From positions 1-34,876 of the forward strand of contig JAYTNK010000416.1 in assembly GCA_043748375.1 (NCBI GenBank): a stretch of 34,876 nucleotides of DNA, in the 5' to 3' direction. Source of the stretch: Cytophagales bacterium (lineage in GTDB: Bacteria; Bacteroidota; Bacteroidia; Cytophagales; Microscillaceae). The position numbers were made by a program, and so were the translations under genes. This document shows, piece by piece, positions 1-10,373 of the stretch (the stretch's first letter is position 1; each line of letters begins with the position of its first letter). The notes below the pieces were generated by a model. It searched no databases, was not told the DNA's origin, and saw nothing but the letters and a program-made list of their open reading frames with translations.

Positions 1-175
1 GTGGTGGATAACATTTTATAGCGTAATATTTATATCTGGTGCAAATTTGGCAAATAAAACTCATTGCCTACAAGCAAACTTTACGAATATGCTTATTACG
101 CCCATGAAAATGCGTTATGGGTTTAGGAAGTGTTTTTAATTTTTAGCAAAAATATTTTTTTCCCATATTTTTGAT

Positions 176-183
176 TAGCTTTG
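176..183 (+). promoter_or_regulatory. Bacteroidota-type -7 promoter box (TAGCTTTG, matches TAnnTTTG) upstream of the PBP gene
   Basis: Exact match to the TAnnTTTG -7 consensus in AT-rich non-coding DNA, about 37 nt before the in-frame GTG at 220. It overlaps the TTG at 181 used by the ORF track, which argues against 181 as the real start. Confidence 0.3.
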
Positions 184-219
184 TCGTTTAAATGTAGAAT
201 TCCTTTAATTCCAACAACT

Positions 220-2355
220 GTGAGCATTAAACGAGCTATTTTGGCGCGCGTCCGCCTAACTTTTTTGATATTATTTGGCGTGGCTGTTGTTATCGCCTTG
301 CAAGTAATGAACCTGCAATGGATTCAGGGGCAACTGTGGCATGAAAAAGCCAAAGAATCAGGTTTGCAGTACCGCATAAAAAAAGCCACGCGTGGCAATA
401 TCTATGCAGATAACGGTGTGTTGTTGGCAACTTCTATACCCCTTTATAAAGTAGCTATAGATATAGTGATTGTAAGCGAAGACATGTATAAAGCTAAAAT
501 AGACTCGCTTACAAAACTTTTAGCCGATTTCTTTAAAGATAAGCCAGCACGTGATTATCTCATGAGAATCAATGAAGCAAGGAAAATCCGAAAACGCTAT
601 ATTACCTTAGGCAATCGCCCCATCACATTTACCGAAAAACAGAAAATTGAAAAGTGGCCAATCTTTCGCGATAAACAAAATGGTGTATCCGTTATGTTCG
701 AAAAAGTAGAAGAACGCGCCTATCCTTTTGAAGCATTAGCCGCAAGAAGTATTGGCTATATAAATGAAGTGAATGAAGGCGTAGGCATAGAAATTAGTTT
801 TCAAAAAGCACTTAGCGGAACTGACGGACGAGCATTGTATCAACGCCTCACAGGAGGCGAATGGAAACCAGTAGGCAGTGGCGTACGCGTACGCCCTACC
901 GATGGACAAGACGTTTATACAAGTTTGAATGTCAATATCCAAAACCTCGTACACGAATCACTACTCAAAGGATTGAAGGAACACAAAGGTAAATACGGTT
1001 GTGCAGTCGTAATGGACGTAGCTACAGGCGAGATAAAAGCCATTGCTAACTTGGGGCGTATCAAAACAAATGATGTAGATGAAGACAATGAGCCCATCTA
1101 TAAATATGTAGAAAATTATAATTACGCGCTTGGCGACCAAGTAAGCGATGCGCCTGGTTCTACCTTTAAAACAGCCTCTATGCTTGCACTTTTAGAGGAT
1201 ACTCTCGTAAACCTTACCGATACGATTGACATAGGCAACGGCACATACCGTTATTATGACCGCGTCATGCAAGATGCTAAAGGGCTACCTCCGCGCATTA
1301 CTGTGCAACAAGCCTTTGAACAATCTTCCAACGTGGGCGTTTCTCTCTTGATTTCAAGGCACTTTGGTAGGCAAGAAAGCAAATATGTAAACTATCTACA
1401 AAAATTTAAACTAAGTACCCCTCTTGAAAGTGTGCGCCTCATAGGTTTGGCAAAGCCATATATTAAAACGCCCCAAGACCCCACATGGAGTGGCGTAACC
1501 CTGCCTTGGATGTCGGTCGGTTATGAAACCAAAATATCCCCCTTGCAAGTACTCGCCTTTCACAATGCGATAGCAAACAATGGTGTATTTGTATTTCCAC
1601 GTTTGGTGCTTGGAGTGGGTATGCAAGACCAAAGCGTAATAAAATTTGCCTTCCAAAAAGAAGAAAAGCTTATCTGTACTCCCCAAAGTCTTCAAAAAAT
1701 AAAAACCATGCTTGAAGGGGTTGTAGAACGTGGCACAGCCAAAAATATCAAAACAGATAAGTATAAAATAGCAGGCAAGACAGGCACGTCCAAAAAATTG
1801 AATGAAAAAGGACGATATGTTCAAAAATATCGCACCTCATTCGTAGGATACTTCCCTGCCAATAAACCTAAATATAGCTGTATAGTCGTAATAGATGAAC
1901 CACAAGGTGCAGAACAATACGGTGGCGATGTATCAGCCCCTATTTTTCGCGAAATTGCAGACAAATTGTATGCTCAAGATGCAGATGTACAAAGTAAACC
2001 AGAACTAAAACGAGACGCACCACTTTTTCAAACAAACTTGCCTACCTCTCACGCGGGTTACATCGACGACTTCAAAAATATTTGTAACGAACTTAACATT
2101 AGTACACAACCCAAAAGTACAGAGGAAATCGTTTCACCTGTAGGCGGAAAATATACTGTAGATTGGCAGGCAAGAAAAATACTGCCTAATACTGTGCCCC
2201 ATGTAAAAGGTCTGACTCTACGCGATGCCGTTTCCTTATTAGAAAATAAAGGGCTTCGAGTATTTGTGAAAGGGCAGGGGCGTGTCAAAACCCAATCACT
2301 CGCGTCTGGATCTCCCTTGCGAAAAGGAGAGAAAATTATTATTAGTTTGGAATAA
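220..2355 (+). CDS. Class B penicillin-binding protein (peptidoglycan D,D-transpeptidase, FtsI/PBP2-like) with a C-terminal PASTA-like domain
   Basis: Has an N-terminal TM anchor (LTFLILFGVAVVIALQV). Carries the three transpeptidase motifs STFK (SxxK), SSN (SxN) and KTGT. The last ~65 aa (VKGLTLRDAVSLLENKGLRVFVKGQGRVKTQSLASGSPLRKGEKIIISLE) look like a PASTA repeat. The frame is open from 181, and GTG 220 is preferred because of the promoter box at 176-183. Confidence 0.85.
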   Translation: MSIKRAILARVRLTFLILFGVAVVIALQVMNLQWIQGQLWHEKAKESGLQYRIKKATRGNIYADNGVLLATSIPLYKVAIDIVIVSEDMYKAKIDSLTKLLADFFKDKPARDYLMRINEARKIRKRYITLGNRPITFTEKQKIEKWPIFRDKQNGVSVMFEKVEERAYPFEALAARSIGYINEVNEGVGIEISFQKALSGTDGRALYQRLTGGEWKPVGSGVRVRPTDGQDVYTSLNVNIQNLVHESLLKGLKEHKGKYGCAVVMDVATGEIKAIANLGRIKTNDVDEDNEPIYKYVENYNYALGDQVSDAPGSTFKTASMLALLEDTLVNLTDTIDIGNGTYRYYDRVMQDAKGLPPRITVQQAFEQSSNVGVSLLISRHFGRQESKYVNYLQKFKLSTPLESVRLIGLAKPYIKTPQDPTWSGVTLPWMSVGYETKISPLQVLAFHNAIANNGVFVFPRLVLGVGMQDQSVIKFAFQKEEKLICTPQSLQKIKTMLEGVVERGTAKNIKTDKYKIAGKTGTSKKLNEKGRYVQKYRTSFVGYFPANKPKYSCIVVIDEPQGAEQYGGDVSAPIFREIADKLYAQDADVQSKPELKRDAPLFQTNLPTSHAGYIDDFKNICNELNISTQPKSTEEIVSPVGGKYTVDWQARKILPNTVPHVKGLTLRDAVSLLENKGLRVFVKGQGRVKTQSLASGSPLRKGEKIIISLE

Positions 2356-2373
2356 ACTGACTCGAAATAACGT

Positions 2374-2413
2374 GTGTAGCAGTAAGGCTTATAAAACAGC
2401 TTACTGCTTACAC
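2374..2413 (+). terminator. Hairpin downstream of the PBP gene (possible terminator without a U-tract)
   Basis: GTGTAGCAGTAAG ... CTTACTGCTTACAC forms a ~13-bp stem with one bulge, 19 nt after the stop codon. No T-run follows. Confidence 0.35.
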
Positions 2414-2588
2414 CACTAAGGCATTAGATATACATCTAAATTAACCAATAAAAGACTGTAAAAATGTATAAAAATATTTTCAATGTGTTTTTTAGTTTTT
2501 TCAATAACTTTACATCTCTTTTTTTAAATGTTTCAAAAAAAATAATAAAAGATTTATAAAATAATTTTTTTATTCAAAAGATAAAGAC

Positions 2589-2596
2589 TAACTTTG
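2589..2596 (+). promoter_or_regulatory. -7 promoter box (TAACTTTG) for the rpsH-led ribosomal operon
   Basis: Exact TAnnTTTG match about 32 nt upstream of the rpsH ATG. It sits at the end of a 270-nt very AT-rich spacer. Confidence 0.4.
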
Positions 2597-2627
2597 CACT
2601 CCAATTTAAAAGCCCCCTTGTTAGTTT

Positions 2628-3026
2628 ATGATGACTGACCCAATAGCAGACTATCTGACGCGCCTGCGCAATGCCATCAAAGCGCGTCATAGAATTGTTG
2701 AAATTCCTGCTTCTAATATCAAGAAAGAAATTACCCGCGTATTATACGAAAAAGGGTATATTCAAAGCTACAAATTTGAAGACAAGGACGTACAAGGCAC
2801 TATCAAAATAGCCCTTAAGTACAATCCAGACACACGCGAATCGGCTATCCAAAGCCTGAAGAGGGTGAGTCGTCCAGGTTTGCGCAAGTACGCTAGTGCC
2901 GATACATTGCCCCGTGTGTTGAACGGATTAGGCATCGCTATTCTATCTACTTCGAAAGGAGTAACAACTGACAAAGAAGCCCGCAAAGATAATATCGGAG
3001 GCGAGGTATTGTGCTATATATACTAA
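2628..3026 (+). CDS. rpsH: 30S ribosomal protein S8
   Basis: The N-terminus M(M)[14 protein letters not shown] and the C-terminus GGEVLCYIY are classic S8. It sits before rplF. Confidence 0.95.
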   Translation: MMTDPIADYLTRLRNAIKARHRIVEIPASNIKKEITRVLYEKGYIQSYKFEDKDVQGTIKIALKYNPDTRESAIQSLKRVSRPGLRKYASADTLPRVLNGLGIAILSTSKGVTTDKEARKDNIGGEVLCYIY

Positions 3027-3050
3027 AGCTTTAAACAAAGCCCCAAAACT

Positions 3051-3608
3051 ATGTCCCGGATAGGAAAAAAAGTGATTGAGCTTCCCGCGAAAGTAGCCAT
3101 AACTGTAAACGATGAAAACATTGTTACAGTGAACGGACCCAAAGGAACGCTCTCCCAGCAGATACATCCTGAAATAAAAGTTGTGCTGGAAGACAACGTA
3201 TTAACAGTCGAACGCCCCACCGAGCAAAAACGCCACAAAGCGATGCACGGACTTTATAGAGCGTTGATAAACAACATGGTTGTAGGTGTAACCGAAGGAT
3301 ACAAAATAAGCCTCGAAATCGTAGGGGTGGGTTATAAAGCCACTGTTACGAATAATGTTTTTGAGTTTAGCCTTGGTTATTCACACACTATATTTTTCGC
3401 TGTACCCAAAGAGGTTGCAGTATCAGCCGTTACTGAAAAAGGTAAAAACCCTATCGTAACGCTTGAGGGAATTGATAAACAACTCGTTGGGCAAATTGCC
3501 GCGAAAGTTAAATCATTGCGCCCCGTAGAACCCTACAAAGGAAAAGGTGTTCGCGTTCTTGGCGAAATCGTAAGAAGAAAAGCAGGTAAAACCGCGTCTA
3601 AAAAATAA
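3051..3608 (+). CDS. rplF: 50S ribosomal protein L6
   Basis: MSRIGKKVIELPAKV...GYSH...VEPYKGKG is typical L6. The order is the conserved S8-L6-L18. Confidence 0.95.
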   Translation: MSRIGKKVIELPAKVAITVNDENIVTVNGPKGTLSQQIHPEIKVVLEDNVLTVERPTEQKRHKAMHGLYRALINNMVVGVTEGYKISLEIVGVGYKATVTNNVFEFSLGYSHTIFFAVPKEVAVSAVTEKGKNPIVTLEGIDKQLVGQIAAKVKSLRPVEPYKGKGVRVLGEIVRRKAGKTASKK

Positions 3609-3617
3609 CCTAAAAAT

Positions 3618-3971
3618 ATGGCAACTATCAAAGTAGCACGCAGAAGCCGTATCAAGCAAATGATACGCAAGCGCGTAGCAGGGACGCAGGAAAGACCTCG
3701 CTTGAGCGTTTTCCGCTCAAACACTGCTATCTATGCGCAAATCATAGATGACAGGCAAGCCAAGACATTGGTGAGCGCATCTTCTTTAGAAATCGACAAG
3801 ACTTCAAAATCCGTGAACATGGATAAATCAAAGAAAGTTGGTTTGGCACTCGCTGAGAGAGCAAAAGAAAAAGGCATCAGTTCAGTCGTATTCGACAGAA
3901 ACGGCTACCTCTATCATGGAAAAGTAAAAGCCTTAGCCGAAGGCGCAAGAGAAGGCGGGTTACAATTTTAA
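3618..3971 (+). CDS. rplR: 50S ribosomal protein L18
   Basis: [27 protein letters not shown] ... [25 protein letters not shown] is typical L18. Confidence 0.95.
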   Translation: MATIKVARRSRIKQMIRKRVAGTQERPRLSVFRSNTAIYAQIIDDRQAKTLVSASSLEIDKTSKSVNMDKSKKVGLALAERAKEKGISSVVFDRNGYLYHGKVKALAEGAREGGLQF

Positions 3972-3984
3972 CAAACCAACAACT

Positions 3985-4512
3985 ATGAACCAAGAATTGC
4001 TAAGAGCCCGTACTGTAAGACAGACGGATACTGATAAATTGAAAGAAACCGTAGTGGCTATTAACCGCGTTGCTAAAGTGGTGAAAGGTGGTCGTCGCTT
4101 CAGCTTCTCCGCTATAGTAGTAGTAGGTGATGGAAATGGCATCGTAGGCTACGGCTTAGGAAAAGCTAATGAAGTTACTGACGCTATCAACAAAGGCATC
4201 GAAGACGCTAAGAAGAACTTAGTACGCGTGCCATTGCTCAAATCGTCTATCCCACATGAGTCTATTGGGAAATACAGTGGTGGTTTTATACTACTCAAAC
4301 CCGCTGCACCTGGTACAGGTGTTATCGCAGGTGGTGCTATGCGTGCCGTATTGGAAAGCGCAGGCATTAAAGATGTATTGGCTAAGTCAAAAGGCTCTTC
4401 AAACCCACACAATGTAGTAAAGGCTACTATAGACGCACTTTTGCGCCTCAAAGCCCCACACATGATTGCACAACAACGTGGCATTTCTCTTACCAAAGTA
4501 TTCAACGGCTAA
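3985..4512 (+). CDS. rpsE: 30S ribosomal protein S5
   Basis: [36 protein letters not shown] is the S5 dsRBD core. Operon position fits. Confidence 0.95.
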   Translation: MNQELLRARTVRQTDTDKLKETVVAINRVAKVVKGGRRFSFSAIVVVGDGNGIVGYGLGKANEVTDAINKGIEDAKKNLVRVPLLKSSIPHESIGKYSGGFILLKPAAPGTGVIAGGAMRAVLESAGIKDVLAKSKGSSNPHNVVKATIDALLRLKAPHMIAQQRGISLTKVFNG

Positions 4513-4525
4513 TCCGAACTCTACC

Positions 4526-4705
4526 ATGAGCATAGTAAGAATCAAACAAGTACGCAGTACGATAAAAACTACTGAAAACCAAAAACGCACTATTCAGGCG
4601 TTGGGATTAGGTAAAATAAATCGTGTCAAAGAGGTAGAAAACACGCCTCAAATCGCAGGAATGATACAAAAAGTATTGCACCTCGTAGTAGTAGAGAACC
4701 TTTAA
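4526..4705 (+). CDS. rpmD: 50S ribosomal protein L30
   Basis: The internal ATG at 4526 gives the 59-aa MSIVRIKQVRSTI....QKRTIQALGLGKINRVKEV. The 79-aa ORF-track start at 4466 overlaps rpsE and is unlikely. Confidence 0.9.
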   Translation: MSIVRIKQVRSTIKTTENQKRTIQALGLGKINRVKEVENTPQIAGMIQKVLHLVVVENL

Positions 4706-4762
4706 GCAAAGCTACAGCATCTTGGGCAAAACCCAAAAATGCTTCACAACATATTCAATAAC

Positions 4763-5212
4763 ATGAAACTCCATACACTAACACCCGCAGCTGGCTCTAC
4801 CAAAACGAACAAGCGTTTGGGACGTGGACAAGGCTCAAACAGAGGTGGCACATCTACCAAAGGGCATAAAGGAGCGCAATCGCGCTCTGGCTATAGCCGA
4901 AAGGTTGGCTTCGAAGGCGGTCAAATGCCTTTGCAACGCCGTCTGCCTAAGTTTGGCTTCAACAATATTCACAGAGTTGAATATAAGCCCATTAACTTGT
5001 TAGAAATTCAAAACCTCGTAGATAACCATCAGGTTACTGAGATTACTTTGGAAGTTCTACACACCCATGGCTTAGTAGGCAAGAGAGACCGAGTGAAAAT
5101 ATTGGCTAACGGAGCTATTACAGCTACGATTAACATCAAAGCACACGCTTTTTCTAAAACAGCTATAGAAGCCATAGAAAAAGCTGGAGGCAAATACGAA
5201 ATCGTTAAATAA
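4763..5212 (+). CDS. rplO: 50S ribosomal protein L15
   Basis: MKLHTLTPAAGSTKTNKRLGRGQGSNRGGTSTKGHKG is typical L15. The start is moved to the ATG at 4763; the upstream extension MLHNIFNN is not L15-like. Confidence 0.92.
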   Translation: MKLHTLTPAAGSTKTNKRLGRGQGSNRGGTSTKGHKGAQSRSGYSRKVGFEGGQMPLQRRLPKFGFNNIHRVEYKPINLLEIQNLVDNHQVTEITLEVLHTHGLVGKRDRVKILANGAITATINIKAHAFSKTAIEAIEKAGGKYEIVK

Positions 5213-5231
5213 GCCACATAAGCTTGCTTGT

Positions 5232-5265
5232 GGATTTAGTCTTGTTATTTTACCAGACTAAATCC
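5232..5265 (+). other. Perfect 11-bp stem hairpin in the rplO-secY spacer
   Basis: GGATTTAGTCT (5232-5242), a 12-nt loop, then AGACTAAATCC (5255-5265), followed by TATTTATC. It lies inside the 128-nt gap between rplO and secY. Confidence 0.5.
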
Positions 5266-5340
5266 TATTTATCAATCATAAAAATTTGGGTTTTTGCAAG
5301 GTAAAAAAATACCTTGCAAAAAATCATAAAAAAACCAAAT

Positions 5341-6648
5341 ATGAAAAAGTTAATCGAAACCATACGAAATATATTCTCTATCGAGGAACTACGCCGCAGA
5401 ATTATGTACACTATTGTACTACTGGTAGTTTTTCGTTTGGGTTGTTATATAGTGTTGCCTGGTATCGAGCCGAGCCTATTACAGAAAGGAAATTCTGGTG
5501 GGCTATTTGGCTTATTTGATACGTTTTTAGGAGGTGCTTTTACTAAATCTGCTATTTTCGCACTAGGCATTATGCCTTACATCTCTGCCTCTATCATTGT
5601 GCAGTTATTGCAAGTTGCTCTGCCAAGTTTCCAAAAATTGCAACAAGATGATTCTGGACGTAAACAACTCACGCAAATAACGCGTTATTTTACCATAGTG
5701 ATTACTCTTGCGCAATCATTTGGGTATTTGACTACCCAAATACCAAGAGAAGCTATTTTGGTAAATTATAACTTTTTTATATTCTCTTCTATGATTATTC
5801 TTACAGGAGGCACTATGTTTACAATGTGGCTTGGTGAAAGAATAACAGACAAAGGTTTAGGAAATGGTACTTCTATGCTGATAATGATTGGCATCGTATC
5901 ACGCTTCCCTATAGCGATTATCAAAGAAGCAAATTTGAAAAGTGACATTATTTTAGTATTTGTTATTGAAATGATTGTCTTATTTTTCGTTGTAATGGGT
6001 GTAGTGCTAATTACACAAGCGATAAGAAAAATACCTATTCAGTATGCACGCCAAGTGGTGGGAGGCAAAGTAATGGGTGGACAACGCCAATATTTACCCC
6101 TTAAGTTGAACTCAGCAGGCGTTATGCCTATCATCTTTGCGCAGTCTTTAGTTTTTCTACCAGGTTTGGTAGCAAGAGCTTTTCCTGAAAATGGTGTAGC
6201 CATGTGGGTAGCTATAAACTTCGACTCGAATACAATAGGTTATACCATCCTGACCGCTTTGCTTATCATAGTATTCACATATTTTTATACGGCTATACAG
6301 GTTGACCCTGTTAAAATGTCAGATGATATTAAGCGTAATAATGGATTTATTCCTGGTGTAAAGCCTGGTCCGCAAACGGCAGAACATATTGATGATGTGC
6401 TTTCAAAAATAACACTTCCTGGAGCATTGTTTTTAGCTGTTATCGCTATCTTACCTATTTTTGCAGAAGCATTGGGAATAGGACGTGAATTTGCTTCTTT
6501 CTACGGAGGAACTTCATTACTTATCTTGGTAGGCGTAGTATTAGATACTTTGCAACAAATCAATAGTTATTTATTAGTAAAGCATTATGAAGGTTTGATG
6601 CAATCAGGTAAAGTAAAAGGACAATCACAAGATATGGCTATTGCCTAA
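5341..6648 (+). CDS. secY: Preprotein translocase subunit SecY
   Basis: Polytopic membrane protein with the SecY start MKKLIETIRNIFSIEELRRRI and GIMPYISASIIVQLL. It has the conserved position after rplO. The start is set at ATG 5341 rather than 5314. Confidence 0.95.
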   Translation: MKKLIETIRNIFSIEELRRRIMYTIVLLVVFRLGCYIVLPGIEPSLLQKGNSGGLFGLFDTFLGGAFTKSAIFALGIMPYISASIIVQLLQVALPSFQKLQQDDSGRKQLTQITRYFTIVITLAQSFGYLTTQIPREAILVNYNFFIFSSMIILTGGTMFTMWLGERITDKGLGNGTSMLIMIGIVSRFPIAIIKEANLKSDIILVFVIEMIVLFFVVMGVVLITQAIRKIPIQYARQVVGGKVMGGQRQYLPLKLNSAGVMPIIFAQSLVFLPGLVARAFPENGVAMWVAINFDSNTIGYTILTALLIIVFTYFYTAIQVDPVKMSDDIKRNNGFIPGVKPGPQTAEHIDDVLSKITLPGALFLAVIAILPIFAEALGIGREFASFYGGTSLLILVGVVLDTLQQINSYLLVKHYEGLMQSGKVKGQSQDMAIA

Positions 6649-6669
6649 CCCAAAAGTACTGTAAAAATT

Positions 6670-7440
6670 ATGGCAGGTCATATTTTCTATAAAACAAAAG
6701 AGCAAATAGAGCTAATTCGTGAAAGTGGTACTATACTTAGTAAATTGCATGGCGAAATAGCTAAAATGATAAAAGCGGGTGTAAAGACTCAAACATTAGA
6801 CAAGCGAGCAGAGGAGTTTATACGTGATAACAATGGCTTACCTTCTTTCAAGGGGTATAATGGTTTTCCCGCATCTCTTTGTATTTCAGTCAATGATGCT
6901 GTAGTGCATGGATTACCGAGTGAGTATGAATTGAAAGATGGAGATATTATTTCCGTAGATTCAGGCGTTTTTTATAAAGGCTTTCATAGCGATTCGGCTT
7001 ATACACATGCAGTAGGGGAGTTGAAGCCAGAAGTAGCTGAATTATTGCGTATTACAAAAGAAAGTTTGTATCTTGGTATTGCTCAACTAAAACAGGGAGG
7101 TCGTTTAGGCGATATAAGTTATGCTATTCAACAACATGCTGAAAAGCATAAATTTACTGTAGTGCGCGAATTAGTTGGACATGGTATAGGCAAAAACTTG
7201 CATGAAGAGCCACAAGTTGCTAATTATGGTAAACGTGGAAATGGGATGGTTTTGCGTGAAGGATTAGTATTAGCTATAGAACCTATGGTGAACATGGGGG
7301 TTAGAGGAATAGAACAAGTGCCTGATGGTACAATACGAACATTAGATGGATTGCCCTCAGCTCACTTCGAGCATACGGTAGCAATTATTGGTGGAAAGTG
7401 TGAAATACTAACCACATTTGATTACATAGAAAAAAACTAA
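6670..7440 (+). CDS. map: Type I methionine aminopeptidase
   Basis: Metal-ligand context matches MetAP-I: [27 protein letters not shown]. It sits after secY. Confidence 0.93.
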   Translation: MAGHIFYKTKEQIELIRESGTILSKLHGEIAKMIKAGVKTQTLDKRAEEFIRDNNGLPSFKGYNGFPASLCISVNDAVVHGLPSEYELKDGDIISVDSGVFYKGFHSDSAYTHAVGELKPEVAELLRITKESLYLGIAQLKQGGRLGDISYAIQQHAEKHKFTVVRELVGHGIGKNLHEEPQVANYGKRGNGMVLREGLVLAIEPMVNMGVRGIEQVPDGTIRTLDGLPSAHFEHTVAIIGGKCEILTTFDYIEKN

Positions 7441-7445
7441 AAAAA

Positions 7446-7664
7446 ATGGCAAAGCAACCTTCTATAGAGCAAGACGGAACTATTCTTGAAGCACTCTCAA
7501 ACGCAATGTTTCGTGTAGAGCTTCCGAATGGACATCAGGTTATTGCACATATCTCAGGAAAGATGAGAATGAATTTTATCAAAATTCTACCTGGTGATAG
7601 AGTAAAGTTGGAAATGTCTCCCTACGATTTGTCAAAGGCGCGTATTACGTATCGATACAAATAG
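7446..7664 (+). CDS. infA: Translation initiation factor IF-1
   Basis: 72 aa with [60 protein letters not shown], an S1-like IF-1. Confidence 0.95.
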   Translation: MAKQPSIEQDGTILEALSNAMFRVELPNGHQVIAHISGKMRMNFIKILPGDRVKLEMSPYDLSKARITYRYK

Positions 7665-7778
7665 AGCGTAGTTAAAAAATCCTTAGTTCATGTTTGAATT
7701 TTTATCAAGCAATCATTACGGATGCTACCCTACTACCAGCCATCACCTCATTTATAACTCAAAAAACAAATTGTCAAA

Positions 7779-7895
7779 ATGAAAGTAAAATCATCAGTTA
7801 AAAAAAGAAGCGTCGACTGCAAAGTAATTCGCAGAAAAGGCAGGCTTTACGTTATTAACAAAAAAAATCCACGTTATAAACAAAGACAAGGATAA
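7779..7895 (+). CDS. rpmJ: 50S ribosomal protein L36
   Basis: Not in the ORF track because it is under 60 aa. My own translation is [38 protein letters not shown]. It has the canonical position between infA and rpsM. Confidence 0.9.
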   Translation: MKVKSSVKKRSVDCKVIRRKGRLYVINKKNPRYKQRQG

Positions 7896-7898
7896 TAT

Positions 7899-8276
7899 AT
7901 GGCAAGGATAGCAGGGGTTGATATTCCCGACAAAAAAAGAGGCGAAATTTCGCTCACATACATCTACGGCATAGGTCGTAGTGCCGCACGCACTATCCTC
8001 ATTAAAGCTAACGTGAGCTTCGATAAGAAGGTTTCACAATGGAATGACGAGGAAATGAACGCAGTCCGCAATGTTATTGCGACAGAGTTCAAGGTGGAAG
8101 GTCAATTGCGCTCTGAGGTGCAGTTGAGCATCAAACGTCTTATGGACATTGGTTGTTATCGTGGAATTCGCCATCGTAAGGGCTTGCCTGTACGTGGTCA
8201 GAAAACGAAAAATAACTCACGCACCCGCAAAGGTAAACGTAAGACAGTAGCGAACAAGAAAAAAGCTACTAAGTAA
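7899..8276 (+). CDS. rpsM: 30S ribosomal protein S13
   Basis: [11 protein letters not shown]....SLTYIYGIG ... YRG.RH..GLPVRGQ.TK.N.RT.KG is typical S13. Confidence 0.95.
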   Translation: MARIAGVDIPDKKRGEISLTYIYGIGRSAARTILIKANVSFDKKVSQWNDEEMNAVRNVIATEFKVEGQLRSEVQLSIKRLMDIGCYRGIRHRKGLPVRGQKTKNNSRTRKGKRKTVANKKKATK

Positions 8277-8304
8277 TTAATTATTATCTTGTTTTTTCAT
8301 AGAC

Positions 8305-8697
8305 ATGAGCCAAAAAAGAAAAGATAAAGCTAAAAAGCGCGTAGTAGTCGTAACAGCAGAAGGACAAGTACACATTAAAGCTTCCTTCAACAATATTATC
8401 ATCTCGGTAACTAACCTTAGCGGGCAGGTAATCTCTTGGGCATCTGCGGGCCGTATGGGCTTCAAAGGATCGAAAAAGAATACTCCGTATGCTGCGCAAG
8501 TAGCCTCAAGGAGTTGTGTAGAGTTAGCCCATAGCCTTGGGCTTCGTAAAGTAGAGGTTTTTGTAAAAGGACCTGGTTCTGGACGTGAGTCGGCTATTCG
8601 TACTATCCAAGCGTGTAACGTAGAAGTTACAGCTATCAATGATGTTACTCCGTTACCCCACAATGGCTGCCGCCCTCCTAAACGCAGGAGAGTATAA
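8305..8697 (+). CDS. rpsK: 30S ribosomal protein S11
   Basis: [40 protein letters not shown] ... [16 protein letters not shown] is typical S11. Confidence 0.95.
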   Translation: MSQKRKDKAKKRVVVVTAEGQVHIKASFNNIIISVTNLSGQVISWASAGRMGFKGSKKNTPYAAQVASRSCVELAHSLGLRKVEVFVKGPGSGRESAIRTIQACNVEVTAINDVTPLPHNGCRPPKRRRV

Positions 8698-8739
8698 GGC
8701 ATACGCCAACATTCCCAACACTGTAAGCTAACAATAAAT

Positions 8740-9345
8740 ATGGCAAGATATACAGGTCCAAAAGTAAGAATATCACGTCGTTTTGGCGAGCCTGTACTAG
8801 GTACAGGAAAGGCTCTTCAAAAGAAGAATTATCCTCCAGGACAACATGGCAAGGGCAAACGCCGCAAGCAGTCGGAGTATGCTATTCAACTCTCTGAAAA
8901 ACAAAAAGCAAAATATACATACGGGGTTCTTGAACGCCAATTTGCTAATTTGTTTAATAAGGCATTGCACAAAGAAGGTATCACGGGTGAAAACCTATTG
9001 AAGTTTCTTGAAGCACGTCTTGATAATACTGTTTATAGACTTGGCATCGCGCCTACGCGCCGCGCCGCACGTCAATTGGTAGGTCACAAACATATCTTGG
9101 TTAATGGCGATGTAGTAAATATTGCTTCGTATAGCCTTAAGCCAGGTGATGTGGTATCAGTACGTGAAAAGTCTAAGTCGTTAGAGTCTATCACAACAAG
9201 CATTGCAGGGCGCAATATTCGCGGCTTCAATTGGCTTGAGTGGGATGGTACTCAAATGGCAGGCAAGTTTGTGTCGTATCCCGTGATGGATCAAATCCCC
9301 GAAAAAATTGAGGTACAGCGCATTGTCGAATTGTACTCTAAGTAA
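8740..9345 (+). CDS. rpsD: 30S ribosomal protein S4
   Basis: Starts [15 protein letters not shown] and has the S4 RNA-binding domain ([31 protein letters not shown]). Confidence 0.95.
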   Translation: MARYTGPKVRISRRFGEPVLGTGKALQKKNYPPGQHGKGKRRKQSEYAIQLSEKQKAKYTYGVLERQFANLFNKALHKEGITGENLLKFLEARLDNTVYRLGIAPTRRAARQLVGHKHILVNGDVVNIASYSLKPGDVVSVREKSKSLESITTSIAGRNIRGFNWLEWDGTQMAGKFVSYPVMDQIPEKIEVQRIVELYSK

Positions 9346-9371
9346 TTTTTAGCCCTCAATTCCCAAAAACT

Positions 9372-10355
9372 ATGTTACCATTCCAAAAGCCTGATAAGGT
9401 GGTTATGGAGAAAGCCACAGACTTTCACGGCTCATTTGAGTTTAAGCCCCTAGAACGTGGGTACGGAGTAACCATAGGCAATGCCATTAGGCGTGTCTTG
9501 TTCTCTGCCCTCGAAGGTTATGCTATTTGTGGTATCCGAATCAACGGCGTATCGCATGAGTTCTCCTCTATAGCTGGGGTGGTGCAAGACGTAGCAGATA
9601 TTATCTTGAACCTCAAACAAGTGCGTTTTAAGAAAATATCTGAGGTGCAAGAAAATAAAATTACAGTGCAGATAAGCAACCAAGCTACCCTCACCGCAGG
9701 CGACCTTGAACGATTCTCTTCCGCTTACGAAATACTGAATCCCGAATTGGTGATTTGTCACCTTGACGAAACGGTAGAACTTGAAATGGAATTGTATTTG
9801 GACAAAGGAAGAGGCTATATAGCAGCTGAAGAACAGAAACACATGGACAATGCCATTGGGTATATTCCAATTGATTCTATATTCACACCTATTAAAAATG
9901 TGCAATACAATGTAGAAAATACGCGTGTAGAACAGCGTACCGACTATGAAAAACTTGTATTGAATATTGAAACAGATGGCTCTATTCACCCCGAAGATGC
10001 CTTGAAAGGAGCAGCACAAGTGCTTATACAACACTTCTTGTTATTCTCTGACCAAAATATTACTATAGAAACTGTTCGTAAAGAAGAAACAGAGGAGGTT
10101 GATGAGCATTATTTACACATGCGCAAACTTCTCAAAACTTCTATTGGCGACCTCGAACTATCGGTACGCGCTTACAACTGTTTGAAGTCGGCTGACATCA
10201 AATCGTTGGGAGACCTTGTAAAACTTGAAATATCGGACATGATGAAGTTCCGTAACTTTGGTAAAAAATCCCTCACAGAGCTGGAACAGCTCGTATCTGA
10301 TAAAAACCTTACTTTCGGCATGGAAGTGGGTAAATACAGAATCGATGAGGACTAA
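9372..10355 (+). CDS. rpoA: DNA-directed RNA polymerase subunit alpha
   Basis: The N-terminal domain has [20 protein letters not shown]. The C-terminal domain has [23 protein letters not shown] and FGKKSL.E. Operon position fits. Confidence 0.95.
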   Translation: MLPFQKPDKVVMEKATDFHGSFEFKPLERGYGVTIGNAIRRVLFSALEGYAICGIRINGVSHEFSSIAGVVQDVADIILNLKQVRFKKISEVQENKITVQISNQATLTAGDLERFSSAYEILNPELVICHLDETVELEMELYLDKGRGYIAAEEQKHMDNAIGYIPIDSIFTPIKNVQYNVENTRVEQRTDYEKLVLNIETDGSIHPEDALKGAAQVLIQHFLLFSDQNITIETVRKEETEEVDEHYLHMRKLLKTSIGDLELSVRAYNCLKSADIKSLGDLVKLEISDMMKFRNFGKKSLTELEQLVSDKNLTFGMEVGKYRIDED

Positions 10356-10373
10356 TAAAACGTTTTTAATTCT

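Noticed and set aside
1-64. Possible 5' end of a minus-strand gene running off the left edge (MSFICQICTRYKYYAIKCYPP...)
   Set aside because: Only 21 codons are visible, there is no supporting motif, and the DNA is AT-rich. This cannot be supported from the window.
1411-1824. 137-aa minus-strand ORF, plus other short antisense ORFs at 736-1097 and 2058-2288
   Set aside because: They lie inside the PBP gene, which carries the SxxK, SxN and KTG motifs in frame.
5286-5519. 77-aa ORF overlapping the secY start, and the N-terminal extensions given by the ORF track for rpmD (4466), rplO (4739) and secY (5314)
   Set aside because: The internal ATGs give the canonical protein N-termini. The extensions overlap upstream genes or spacer hairpins.
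8277-8702. 141-aa ORF on the minus strand
   Set aside because: It is exactly antisense to the well-supported rpsK gene. It has no motif and is a typical shadow ORF.
9450-10034. 194-aa ORF on the minus strand
   Set aside because: It is antisense to rpoA. Its Cys/Phe/Ile-rich composition is typical of the complement of a real gene.
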